A stretch of DNA of 64,000 nucleotides, taken from assembly GCA_017409785.1 (NCBI GenBank), contig JAFQSD010000004.1, forward strand, positions 48,663 to 112,662. Direction: 5' to 3'. Below are positions 28,389 through 38,343 of this stretch, in pieces (positions within the stretch are counted from its first letter, which is position 1; every line of letters starts with the position of its first letter). The notes under the pieces are model-generated. The model did not search any database and was not told the DNA's origin. It saw only the letters and a list, made by a program, of their open reading frames with translations. The stretch comes from Bacilli bacterium (GTDB lineage: Bacteria; Bacillota_I; Bacilli_A; RF39; UBA660). The translations under genes and the position numbers were made by a program.

Positions 28389-29639
28389 CTAAGCATTCTT
28401 TTTATTTTGTATAATTGTTACTGTACTATGTGATAGATCTAAAGACTTAATAGTCTCAACAAAATCCTCATAACTAAATTCTTCTATATCACTAACTGTA
28501 TCAGGATATGGATAATTAAACTCTACTATATTACTTACAAAAGGCATAACAGTATCTACTAAATTTTCACTACGAAGTACAATCTTTAAAATAGTATCTT
28601 TTTTATCAATTTCAAATATCTCTTCATTAAAAGTATTAAGTTTCAAACAAGTATCCTTTATACGTTTTTCTAATTCTTTAGAATTATTACTATAAGATCC
28701 AATTGATATTAAAACAAAGCCATCAATCATAAAGTCACTACAAGAAAGAGTAGTAGTAATTATTTTATCTTCAACTAAACTCTTATAAAGTGGAGAAGTC
28801 ATTCCAAAACACATATCAAAGAAATAGTGTAAATAGAAATCTAATTTTAATCTTTCCTTAACAGTAAATTTACTTAGATTAACTTTATAAGTAACTTCAG
28901 TGTAATCTTCTCCAGTAGGAAACTCTAAAATATCTCTTTCTTTAATTACTTCATCTTTTTCATTAACTTGTATTAATTTCATATCACAACTTTTAATATC
29001 TAATTCATTGTAAATATTTTCTATAAGTTTTAACACTTTATCTTTATCAAAACTTCCTGCGATTACAATAAACTGATTACTAGGTTGATAAAATGCTTTA
29101 TAACAAGTCATAACATCTTCTAAAGTAGTATTAGAAACTTCTTCTAATGTTCCCCCAATACTTCTAACTTTAATATTTTCTAAACAGTTATTTAATGTCA
29201 TTTGATTAGAATGATAAAATTTATTATCCATACGTCCTTTTATTTCTTGAAGAATTGGTTTCTTAATTTTTTCTAATCTTTCTTCGTTAAATACAGGAGC
29301 ATAGATTCCTCTAATCATTGTTTCAATTCCAAATTCAACGTCTTCGATTGCTTCAAAATAATACTTGGTCATATTGTAATAAGTTGAAGCATTTGTTGCC
29401 ATTTGTTTTTCTCCAAGTAATTTTAAAAAGTTACCTCTTGCATTTTCTTCAACAATATAATGTTCTAGTATATGAGCAACACCATCTTGTATATGATATT
29501 CTTTACCATCTAATAAAAAATCTTTTGTCTTACCACCAAATAAAGTTACATGTTGAAATAAAGTAGAGTGTCTTCTTTTATCAGAGTACAAATAAATAGT
29601 TAATCCATTATCTAATTTAATAGTTTCTATATTATTCAT
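28389..29639 (-). CDS. M16-family zinc peptidase (catalytic subunit, HxxEH)
   Basis: HILEH inverted zinc-binding motif. The start was set at MNNIETIKLDNGL, which overlaps the upstream stop (ATGAATAA). Confidence 0.7.
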   Translation of the reverse strand: MNNIETIKLDNGLTIYLYSDKRRHSTLFQHVTLFGGKTKDFLLDGKEYHIQDGVAHILEHYIVEENARGNFLKLLGEKQMATNASTYYNMTKYYFEAIEDVEFGIETMIRGIYAPVFNEERLEKIKKPILQEIKGRMDNKFYHSNQMTLNNCLENIKVRSIGGTLEEVSNTTLEDVMTCYKAFYQPSNQFIVIAGSFDKDKVLKLIENIYNELDIKSCDMKLIQVNEKDEVIKERDILEFPTGEDYTEVTYKVNLSKFTVKERLKLDFYLHYFFDMCFGMTSPLYKSLVEDKIITTTLSCSDFMIDGFVLISIGSYSNNSKELEKRIKDTCLKLNTFNEEIFEIDKKDTILKIVLRSENLVDTVMPFVSNIVEFNYPYPDTVSDIEEFSYEDFVETIKSLDLSHSTVTIIQNKKNA

Positions 29640-30897
29640 GATCTTCCTCCTCAATAAAGTAAATTGTATCAAGTTTGAATCTTTCCACAAATTTAGAAAT
29701 ATCTTCAGCACTAACACTTAATGCTTCTTTATAACTATCTTCCATATTTTTATCAATATCTAATGTTTCTAATACAACATCATTTAATAAAGTAAATTTA
29801 TCATCTAAACTCTTAATTAATGAAACACGTCTACGTTCTTTAATGTTTTCTAAATAGTCACGAATCTTATTTGGATCTTTAATATCTTCCATAACTTCTT
29901 TAATCTTCTCAATAACAATATCTTTATTTTTCTTATTGATATAGGCAGTAACTTCAAAAACACCAAATCTTAAATAAGCAAGTGCTTTAGAAGAATAAAC
30001 TAAATCATTTTCATCTCTTAATTTTTTATTAAGCATTCTAGAAGATAGGGAAGTAAGTAGTCCTCTAACTAAACTTAACTTTGTAAAATCATCTTCACTC
30101 ATATCTTTAATCTTATAGTAGAATGAAACAGATGAATCCTTAAAGTTTTTCTTTTCTTCAACATAATTAACATCATTTTCTCCAACACTTAAGAAATGAC
30201 TATATCTTTTTTCTATTACTTCAACATTAGATAAATTTTTATAAAGATACTTATCAGCCAAAGTGTTTATTTTTTTCTCATCAACATTTCCAAAAATAAA
30301 TACTGCAGGATGATATGCATTAATAACTTCTTTATATAATTCATATAAATTTTGTGGATTAATTTCATCTAATTGATATCTATGATTCTCAATAGTCCTT
30401 GATAAAATTCCTTCATCATCAATTAATTCTAATCCTTTAACAGCTTGGTATGGTCTAAGATTCTTCATCGCATTTTCAATACTCATATCAAGATTCTTCT
30501 TTTCGCGTTCCACTTCAAATGCATCAAATCCATTATCAATAACTTTAGGGTTATAAATCATTTCTTGAAAAAACTCAAATTGTTCTTCTAAATTATCAAA
30601 CCCTAATGCTTCTGTATCAGGAATAATCATACTAAAACATAAACACATATTTGTTCCAACAGTCATCTTCGTACAACTAGTATTCAATATGTATTTCTTT
30701 TTTCTATTCTTTTGAAATTCTTCTTCAGTATGATATGTATTATTCATATACATTAATAAATTAGGTAGAATAGAAAACTTAGTTAAATTTTCTTCATCAT
30801 CATAATATGGGAATAATACTCTAACAATTATTGTCTGAAAATCTTTATTCTTAATTATTACCGGTCTTTTAGGTATCTTTAATTCCATATACTTCAC
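29632..30897 (-). CDS. M16-family peptidase-like protein lacking HxxEH (non-catalytic partner)
   Basis: Same size and fold-level similarity; no HxxEH motif; translationally coupled to the downstream catalytic subunit. Confidence 0.55.
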   Translation of the reverse strand: MKYMELKIPKRPVIIKNKDFQTIIVRVLFPYYDDEENLTKFSILPNLLMYMNNTYHTEEEFQKNRKKKYILNTSCTKMTVGTNMCLCFSMIIPDTEALGFDNLEEQFEFFQEMIYNPKVIDNGFDAFEVEREKKNLDMSIENAMKNLRPYQAVKGLELIDDEGILSRTIENHRYQLDEINPQNLYELYKEVINAYHPAVFIFGNVDEKKINTLADKYLYKNLSNVEVIEKRYSHFLSVGENDVNYVEEKKNFKDSSVSFYYKIKDMSEDDFTKLSLVRGLLTSLSSRMLNKKLRDENDLVYSSKALAYLRFGVFEVTAYINKKNKDIVIEKIKEVMEDIKDPNKIRDYLENIKERRRVSLIKSLDDKFTLLNDVVLETLDIDKNMEDSYKEALSVSAEDISKFVERFKLDTIYFIEEEDHE

Positions 30898-30940
30898 CTC
30901 TAATAAAATTATAGCAAAAAGAAAAGGACTAGTAAAAGTC

Positions 30941-32356
30941 CTATTTCTTTAAATCACTAAATAATACCATCATAGGAAGTATCTCTAATCTTCCAAGTAA
31001 CATTCCAATTGATAAAACAATTTTTGATAATATACTAAAGTCTGCAAAATTAGAAATATCAAAGCATAAACCAACGTTAGCAAAAGTAGTAAAAGTAGCA
31101 TTAACAGCTTGACTAAAATTAACCTTATCAAAACTTACTATAAACATTATTACTACTATAAATATTGCATACAGAAGTAAATATAAACATGTACTTCTAA
31201 CTGTATCTTCATCAACTTTCTTACCTTCAAAAGTAATTGTTCTAACACTACTAGGATGAATTGCTTTTAATAATTCACGTTTAATAGTTTTTAATAAAAT
31301 AACAAGTCTTGATATTTTAAATCCTCCACATGTACTACCAGCACAAGCACTTATTAACATCAAAACTAACATTAAAATTCTTGCTGCTGTAGGATAAACA
31401 TTTATATCTCCAACAGCAAAGCCTGTACTTGTCATAATTGAACTTACATGGAAGAATGATTCTGTGAATGCTTGACCTAAATTTTTAAACATACTCATAG
31501 TATTAATAAATATAAACAAAACTGAGAAAACAAATATCATAATATAAGCTTTCAATTCTTCACTTTTTAATGCATTCTTTACATCTTTCATTATAATCAA
31601 GAAATATATATTAAAATTAACTCCAAATAAGAACATAAATATTGCAACTACATATTTATTGAATGTAGAAAAAGTTGCCGCACTTGAATTTAATGTAGCG
31701 AATCCACCAGTACCTGCTGTAGAAAATGCAGTTAATAAACTATCAAAAAATGGTAAACCGCCAATTATTAATAGAATTATTTCTATAACAGTAAGACCGA
31801 TATAAATGCCATATAAATAGAATAATGTTTTTTTTATTCCTGGAACCAATTTTGCAACACTTGGACCAGGCATCTCTGCTTTTAATACATGCATAGACTT
31901 ATCATTATTAGCTAGAGGTATAACAGCCATAACAAAGGCTAAAACTCCCATACCACCAATAAAGTGCATAAATGAACGCCAAAACAAAATGCTTTTATCA
32001 AGAACTTCAACATCTTTAAATATTGTTGCACCTGTTGTTGTTAGCCCTGAAACAGCTTCGAATAATGCATCAATCAAACTAGAAGAATTACTAATCCATA
32101 AAGGAAGTGCACCAATAATACTAATTATTATCCAAGCTAAGGCAACTATAATAAATCCATCTTTAGCATATAATGTTTTATTATTTAATTTAATTGAATT
32201 AAGTAAACTCCCAATTCCTAAACTAATAATAGCTGGAATAAAGAAAGGAATAACGCTTTCTTTATAAATAATTGCAACTATCATTGGTAACATCATTAAT
32301 ACTGCAAATGCAATTAAATCATTAAAAATATATTTATATATTAACTTATTCTTCAT
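30941..32356 (-). CDS. trkH: TrkH/KtrB-family potassium uptake membrane protein
   Basis: 471 aa, polytopic, downstream of trkA on the same strand. Confidence 0.75.
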   Translation of the reverse strand: MKNKLIYKYIFNDLIAFAVLMMLPMIVAIIYKESVIPFFIPAIISLGIGSLLNSIKLNNKTLYAKDGFIIVALAWIIISIIGALPLWISNSSSLIDALFEAVSGLTTTGATIFKDVEVLDKSILFWRSFMHFIGGMGVLAFVMAVIPLANNDKSMHVLKAEMPGPSVAKLVPGIKKTLFYLYGIYIGLTVIEIILLIIGGLPFFDSLLTAFSTAGTGGFATLNSSAATFSTFNKYVVAIFMFLFGVNFNIYFLIIMKDVKNALKSEELKAYIMIFVFSVLFIFINTMSMFKNLGQAFTESFFHVSSIMTSTGFAVGDINVYPTAARILMLVLMLISACAGSTCGGFKISRLVILLKTIKRELLKAIHPSSVRTITFEGKKVDEDTVRSTCLYLLLYAIFIVVIMFIVSFDKVNFSQAVNATFTTFANVGLCFDISNFADFSILSKIVLSIGMLLGRLEILPMMVLFSDLKK

Positions 32357-32359
32357 AAA

Positions 32360-33712
32360 CTACCTCAAAATATCATTGATATCTCTTATCTTGTCATTTG
32401 TATCAATAACAACAATAATATCATTTTCTTTAATTTCATCATTACCAGTAGGGAATATAATATTTCTACCACGCATAATTGCAATAATTAATGCACCATC
32501 TATAAAGTCTATGTCTCTAATTCTTGTATTAAGTGCTTTAAAATCATCTTTAACATTAAATTCTAACATTTCAAATAAGTCACTATTAATTTTATAAATA
32601 GCTTCACAACTACTTCTATCACTATTTTGCATTGCTCTAATATATTTAACAATATGATGAGTAGCAATCTTATGTGGAGTAATAACAGTATCGATATGAG
32701 TCTTCTCAACAATACCATCTAAATTTATATGATTAATCTTTGTAATAATCTTAGGAACATTTTGCATAGCAGCAAACATTGAATATACAATATTTTCTTC
32801 ATCTATACTTGTAAGCGCAACAAATGCATCACAAGATTCAATTCCTTCTTCGAATAATACATTTTGATCAGACACATCACCATTTATAATTAATGCATCT
32901 GGTAATTTTTCACTTAATACCTCACATCTTTCAGGATTAATTTCAATAATCTTTACATGCATTCCCATATCAATTAAACTTTTAGCTAAATAAATTGCAG
33001 TGTTAGAACCACCACTTATAATAACTTTCTTAGTTTTTTCTTGAATTAATTCAGATGATATTAAGAATTTATTAATAGATTTATTAGTTCCACTAACAAA
33101 AATAGTATCATTAGCTTGTAACTTAGTATTACCACTAGGTACAATTACTTTTTTATCTCTTTCAATAGCACTAATAATTAAATCTTTTACTTTTTTAGAT
33201 ATACTATTAACAGTAACCTTATCTAAAGGACTATTTTCTTTTACTTTAAATGACACTAACTGAACTCTTCCTTTTAAAAATGTAGTAGCATCCATAGCAC
33301 TAGGAATACTTAAAGCTCTAGCTATTTGATTAGCAGTTAATGCCTCTGGGTTTATAAGCATTGATAAACCCAACTCATCTTTTAATAAGTTAACTGAATT
33401 TGAATATTCAGGAGTTCTAATTCTAGCAATTGTATTCTTAGCTCCTAATTTTTTACCAAGTAAACTACACATTACATTTTGTTCATCATGTTGCATAACA
33501 CTTATTAATAAATCAGCATCTTTAATTCCAGCTTCAGTTAATACATTAGCATCAAGTCCACTACCTAAAATATAATTAACATCTTCATTATTAATAACAT
33601 CCATACTAGTAGTAAAATCAGTATCAACTAATGTAACTTCATTACCATCTTTTACTAAGTTTTTAACAAGGTATTCTCCTAATTTACCAATACCAACAAT
33701 AATTATCTTCAT
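32360..33712 (-). CDS. trkA: TrkA potassium uptake regulatory protein (tandem RCK)
   Basis: MKIIIVGIGKLGEYL Rossmann motif and a second repeat (KVIISGGSNTAIYLAKSL); 450 aa. Confidence 0.8.
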   Translation of the reverse strand: MKIIIVGIGKLGEYLVKNLVKDGNEVTLVDTDFTTSMDVINNEDVNYILGSGLDANVLTEAGIKDADLLISVMQHDEQNVMCSLLGKKLGAKNTIARIRTPEYSNSVNLLKDELGLSMLINPEALTANQIARALSIPSAMDATTFLKGRVQLVSFKVKENSPLDKVTVNSISKKVKDLIISAIERDKKVIVPSGNTKLQANDTIFVSGTNKSINKFLISSELIQEKTKKVIISGGSNTAIYLAKSLIDMGMHVKIIEINPERCEVLSEKLPDALIINGDVSDQNVLFEEGIESCDAFVALTSIDEENIVYSMFAAMQNVPKIITKINHINLDGIVEKTHIDTVITPHKIATHHIVKYIRAMQNSDRSSCEAIYKINSDLFEMLEFNVKDDFKALNTRIRDIDFIDGALIIAIMRGRNIIFPTGNDEIKENDIIVVIDTNDKIRDINDILR

Positions 33713-33851
33713 TTAATATCACCATAACTAATTATAACAAACATCCAATAATTATTCATTATAAAAAATAATTGTTGTACAAGATAAATATTTTTATTGT
33801 ATAATTAATTAAAGAGTACATTTATATAAGATAACTAAGTAGGTGTAGTAA

Positions 33852-34379
33852 ATGAAAAAAATCTATATTATTTTAACTTATACAGGAACAATCCTTTCTA
33901 AAATAGTAAAGATATATACAAGAAGAGAGTATTCTCATGTATCTATATCTTTAAATGAAGATCTAACTAAAATGTATAGTTTTGGAAGATTAAATCCTTA
34001 TAATCCATTTAGTGGAGGATTTGTTCATGAAGAAATAGATAAAGGAACATTTAAAAGATTTAAGAAAACTAAAACAAAAATTTATTCATTAGAAATATCA
34101 GAAGAACAGTATGAAAAATTAGAAAGTATTATTGAACAAATGCAAGCTAAGAAAAATCTATACAAATTTAATGTTATTGGACTATTAGGAATAATGTTAA
34201 ATGTAAAAATAAAAAGAGAAAAGTATTTCTACTGTGCTGAATTTGTTAAATATGTCTTAGAACAATCACAAGTTTTAGAGTTACCAGAACTAGTAAAACC
34301 AGAAGACTTTGAAAACGTATCTGGTATATCTGAAATATATAGGGGAGTACTAAGAGAATATCGTATTGAAGATAATTAG
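33852..34379 (+). CDS. YiiX-like permuted papain-fold (NlpC/P60 superfamily) protein, putative
   Basis: YSHVSISL (His) and a C-terminal YCAEFVKYVL (Cys) arrangement; 175 aa. The assignment is weak. Confidence 0.3.
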   Translation: MKKIYIILTYTGTILSKIVKIYTRREYSHVSISLNEDLTKMYSFGRLNPYNPFSGGFVHEEIDKGTFKRFKKTKTKIYSLEISEEQYEKLESIIEQMQAKKNLYKFNVIGLLGIMLNVKIKREKYFYCAEFVKYVLEQSQVLELPELVKPEDFENVSGISEIYRGVLREYRIEDN

Positions 34380-34409
34380 AAGATATATAACATATCTTCT
34401 TTTTTTTAC
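34378..34409 (+). terminator. rho-independent terminator
   Basis: agaagatat ataacat atcttct followed by a T8 run. Confidence 0.55.
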
Positions 34410-34460
34410 CTAGATTTGTTATAATAAAATATAGATATATCATTAATAGGAGGATTTATT

Positions 34461-35003
34461 ATGAATGAAAATTACATAATACTACATGGTAGTTTTGGTT
34501 CAGCAACAGGAAATTGGTTTCCCTGGCTAAAAGAGCAACTAGAACTTAAAGGAAAATCAGTTGTTGTACCACAAATGCCAGTAGGAGTAGGAATTCAAAA
34601 TTATGATAACTGGGCAAATGAATTTTCTAAGTTAACAATTAATGAAAATACAACAATTATTGCTCACAGTATTGCACCAATATTTGTCTGTAAATATTTA
34701 ATTTTAAATAAAGTAAAAGTAAAAAAATTAATTTTTGTCTGTGGATTTAATAATTACTTAGGAATAGATAAAGACTTTGATTCAGTAAATGAACCAATGT
34801 ACATTACTAATTATCAAGATATAAAAAATTACTGTAATAATATAGTTTGTTATTATTCGGATAATGATCCATATGTAAAGTTTGAAGTAGAAAAAGAATT
34901 TGCTGATGCAATTGCTAACCAGCAATATGTCATAGCAAACGCTGGTCATATCAATGCAGAAACAGGCTATACAGAGTTTACAGAAATATTAAATGAATTA
35001 TAG
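34461..35003 (+). CDS. YdeN/RBBP9-family serine hydrolase (alpha/beta fold)
   Basis: ILHGSFGS near the N-terminus and IIAHSIAP at the nucleophile elbow; 180 aa. Confidence 0.5.
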   Translation: MNENYIILHGSFGSATGNWFPWLKEQLELKGKSVVVPQMPVGVGIQNYDNWANEFSKLTINENTTIIAHSIAPIFVCKYLILNKVKVKKLIFVCGFNNYLGIDKDFDSVNEPMYITNYQDIKNYCNNIVCYYSDNDPYVKFEVEKEFADAIANQQYVIANAGHINAETGYTEFTEILNEL

Positions 35004-35012
35004 GAGAAACAT

Positions 35013-36035
35013 ATGTTAATTAAAGTTTTAATATTAGTTTTATTGATAGGAATAAATGGAATATTTTCAGCTACAGAAATAGCCTTCTTATCATTAAATA
35101 AATATAAATTAAATAAAGAGGTAAAAAAAGAAAATAAGAAAGCCAAGAAAATAGTAAGTCTACTAAATGACTCATCAACATTCTTATCAGCTATTCAAGT
35201 AGCTATAACTTTATCAGGCTTTCTAGCTAGTGCTTTTGCTGCAGATAGCTTTGCTAGTGAAATAGCAAGTTATATGGAAGTATCATTTATCTCAGAAGCA
35301 GCCCTAACAAATATTTTAATTGTTGTAATTACAATTATTCTTTCATACTTTACTTTAGTATTTGGAGAATTAGTACCTAAAAAGATTGGTTTAGCTAATC
35401 CAGAAAAAATATCATATGCTATGGTAGGTGTAATTTGTTTTGTAATAACATTCTTTAAACCATTCATCTTAATTTTAAAGGCATCAACTAATTTAATTGA
35501 AAAATTACTAAAAATTAAACCTCAAAAAGAAGAAGTAGAAGATGAATTAAAAGATACAATAGTTGATTCTAACTTAGAAGAACTTGAAAAGAAAATGTTA
35601 TTAAAAGTATTTGAGTTTAATGATGTAACTATTAAAGATGTAATGACTAAAAAAGAAAAAGTTGTTTACATCGATGTAAATGATTCAAAAGAAACTGTTG
35701 CTAATAAAGTACGTAAATCTAAATTCACAAGATTCCCTGTTATTAAAGGTGAAAAAGTTCTAGGAATCATCAACATCAAAGATGTAATTTTAGATTCTGA
35801 TCGAGAAAAAGAATATAGTGTTTATAGATACTTAAGAAAAGTAGAAAAATTAGATGCAAAAACTATTATTGATGATGCATTCTTATTATTAAATGGAAAC
35901 TATGAAGCCATGGCTATTGTAAAAGAAAATGGTGAATATATTGGAATTGTTACTGTAGAAGATATACTAGAACACATAGTTGGAAATGTATTTGATGAAT
36001 ATGATATGCAAGAAGAAGTAAAAAAGGATAACTAA
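35013..36035 (+). CDS. DUF21 (CNNM/CorC-family) membrane protein with CBS pair
   Basis: N-terminal 4-TM DUF21-like region followed by two CBS-like segments; 340 aa. Confidence 0.65.
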   Translation: MLIKVLILVLLIGINGIFSATEIAFLSLNKYKLNKEVKKENKKAKKIVSLLNDSSTFLSAIQVAITLSGFLASAFAADSFASEIASYMEVSFISEAALTNILIVVITIILSYFTLVFGELVPKKIGLANPEKISYAMVGVICFVITFFKPFILILKASTNLIEKLLKIKPQKEEVEDELKDTIVDSNLEELEKKMLLKVFEFNDVTIKDVMTKKEKVVYIDVNDSKETVANKVRKSKFTRFPVIKGEKVLGIINIKDVILDSDREKEYSVYRYLRKVEKLDAKTIIDDAFLLLNGNYEAMAIVKENGEYIGIVTVEDILEHIVGNVFDEYDMQEEVKKDN

Positions 36036-36505
36036 TGGATATCTTTGAATTATTAAACGAATTAAATATCAACTATGAAGTAATATCACATCAAGCAGTA
36101 TCTACAGTAGAAGAAGCAAAGCATCTAGAAAATATGATTGAAGGAATAGGTTGTAAAAACTTATTTCTTACAGATAAAAAAGGAAAGTATTTCTTATTTA
36201 CACTTTATGAAGATAAGAAAGCAAATCTAAAGGAACTAGCAAAACAACTAAATGTTTCTAAATTATCATTTGCTAGTTTCGAAGATTTAAAAGAAATTTT
36301 AAATCTAGAACCAGGGAGTGTAACTCCCTTAAGTATCATTAATGATAAAGATAATAAAGTTACATTAGTAATTGATGAAGACATTATTACAGAAAAAATA
36401 TTAGTACATCCAAATACTAATACTAAGACAATGTCTATTAATTTTAAAGATATAGAAAAAATCTTTAACTATACAAACCATAAATACATTATATATAAGG
36501 ACTGA
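36035..36505 (+). CDS. YbaK/ProX-family aminoacyl-tRNA deacylase
   Basis: 156 aa with ..CKNLFL..KK..Y..GSVTPL pattern; overlapping start (TAATG). Confidence 0.55.
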   Translation: MDIFELLNELNINYEVISHQAVSTVEEAKHLENMIEGIGCKNLFLTDKKGKYFLFTLYEDKKANLKELAKQLNVSKLSFASFEDLKEILNLEPGSVTPLSIINDKDNKVTLVIDEDIITEKILVHPNTNTKTMSINFKDIEKIFNYTNHKYIIYKD

Positions 36506-36509
36506 TTAT

Positions 36510-36821
36510 ATGGACTTAAAAGATCAATTTAAATATTTAGTTGGTGGTTATTATGGCATAACATTTATGGATGATTATCCATTAAAAGTTTATGTTTTAA
36601 AGGATATCGAAAACTACATTAAAGATTTTATTGAAATAAACCCAATTGATAATTTTAATTACAAAGAAGAAGCAAAAAAGTATGAAGAAGAATTAACAGA
36701 AATAACTAAGTTACAAGATGCATTATTAGTTCTAAATAAGATAAATGCTTCAATGGAACTAGTCTTACTTGTAAAAAAACGTCTAAAAAAATTAAATCAA
36801 CAAAAAAATAATCTTTTATAG
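36510..36821 (+). CDS. hypothetical protein
   Basis: ORF only. Confidence 0.3.
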   Translation: MDLKDQFKYLVGGYYGITFMDDYPLKVYVLKDIENYIKDFIEINPIDNFNYKEEAKKYEEELTEITKLQDALLVLNKINASMELVLLVKKRLKKLNQQKNNLL

Positions 36822-36870
36822 ATAATAAATATGTGTTAGAATTAAAATGAATAGAATAGGGAGTGATTAT

Positions 36871-37539
36871 ATGACTGAAAATAAATATATATGTTCAAAT
36901 CGTTCAAAAGATTACAAGAAACACATTGAAAAGATAATTCAAGAGTCAAAAAAAGAAATTCTAGATTTTTTTGAAGTTAAAGATGATGGAAGATTTAACT
37001 ATACAATTTATGTATATGATACAATTGAAGCACTAAAAAATGGACTACATGCTAGAGGATTTAAAGATGATCCTGAATATATGTGTGCTTGTTTTAAAGA
37101 TGAAGATAAATCTTTAAATTTTTATGAGCCGGTAGAAGAAGAATCAGAAAATGAATGGACAAAAGAAGAATATGACTTAGTAATATTCCATGAATTAATT
37201 CATGCTGTTGAACACACAATTTATGGTGAACAACCAGAATGGTTAAGTGAGGGAATAGCTAAATACCTAGATGGAACATACTCACAAGGTATTAAGTTCT
37301 TATTACAAAATTATATTAATAATCTTCCAATCCCAGAAATGCGTGAGTTAGAAGAAGAATTTGGCTTCCATGATTATGATAGTTATGACTACGCATACAT
37401 CATGGTAAGTTATTTAATAGAAACTATGGGTAAAAAACGTTTCCTAAAATTCCTACACAATGCTCATGAGGTAACAGAATTAAGTAAAAATCTTCTTGAA
37501 AAATCAATAAAGTATTATGAGGAGTACTTTGCTGAATAA
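36871..37539 (+). CDS. putative HExxH metallopeptidase-like protein
   Basis: FHELIHAVEH motif. The start was set at the ATG preceded by agggagtg. Confidence 0.4.
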   Translation: MTENKYICSNRSKDYKKHIEKIIQESKKEILDFFEVKDDGRFNYTIYVYDTIEALKNGLHARGFKDDPEYMCACFKDEDKSLNFYEPVEEESENEWTKEEYDLVIFHELIHAVEHTIYGEQPEWLSEGIAKYLDGTYSQGIKFLLQNYINNLPIPEMRELEEEFGFHDYDSYDYAYIMVSYLIETMGKKRFLKFLHNAHEVTELSKNLLEKSIKYYEEYFAE

Positions 37540-38222
37540 TGAGTAAAGATAACAAAAAATATCATATCTTTGAATTAAATGTAGGGAAGTTAAATATTGT
37601 ATGTGTAATACTATTTATACTAATGATTATAATATCATCTGTTCTTTATAAAGGTGATTTAGCACAAGACTTCTATGAAGTAAATCTAATGCTATTACTT
37701 GTTGCTGATGTGGCAACAATGTTAATTCATGAACTATTACATAGTCTTTCCTATGTTCTTTGTGGAGGAGACTTTAAAAAAATAGTTTATGGAGCATACC
37801 TAGAAAAAGGTGTATTATACTGCTTATGTAAGCAAAATATATCTAGAAAGAATATTTTAAATTCATTAATGGTTCCATTATTTTATCTTGGTATTATCCC
37901 ATATATAATCGCCATTATATTTGAATTACCATTTTTGCTATTCTTAGCAATACTAAACATTGTTGGTGCAGCAGGAGATATAATGATGTTTATTTATATT
38001 ATACAACTAGATAAATCAATTGAATTCTCAGAATTTGATAATCCAATTAGATTTGCTATTTACACAGATAAAGAAATAAATGTTAAATTCTTTGGACTAG
38101 ATTATATAGAAACAAGTAAAACACTTCCTAGAAAAGAACTAAAAAAATTAACAGTTAGTAAGGGAAGTTATATAGCTTTAGCAGTACTGATAGTATTAAC
38201 AGTATTAAGTATAATTCTATAA
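37539..38222 (+). CDS. DUF3267-like membrane zincin (HExxH in membrane context)
   Basis: IHELLHSL between TM helices; the start overlaps the upstream stop. Confidence 0.4.
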   Translation: MSKDNKKYHIFELNVGKLNIVCVILFILMIIISSVLYKGDLAQDFYEVNLMLLLVADVATMLIHELLHSLSYVLCGGDFKKIVYGAYLEKGVLYCLCKQNISRKNILNSLMVPLFYLGIIPYIIAIIFELPFLLFLAILNIVGAAGDIMMFIYIIQLDKSIEFSEFDNPIRFAIYTDKEINVKFFGLDYIETSKTLPRKELKKLTVSKGSYIALAVLIVLTVLSIIL

Positions 38223-38225
38223 TAA

Positions 38226-38255
38226 AAAGATATCGCATAAGATATCTTTTTTTCT
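38226..38255 (+). terminator. rho-independent terminator
   Basis: aaagatatc gcataa gatatcttt followed by tttttc. Confidence 0.55.
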
Positions 38256-38343
38256 TTAAAAAACAATGTCGAATAGTAGTAAAAAACAAAAAACTATAGT
38301 ATAATTAAAAATGTATAATAGGAATACTATTGGAGGGAAAAAA

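Noticed and set aside
33713-33851. Possible c-di-AMP (ydaO/kimA-type) riboswitch in the trkA leader
   Set aside because: The minus-strand leader is almost pure A/T with none of the GC-rich conserved helices of that riboswitch. The region is only 139 nt and must also hold a divergent promoter.
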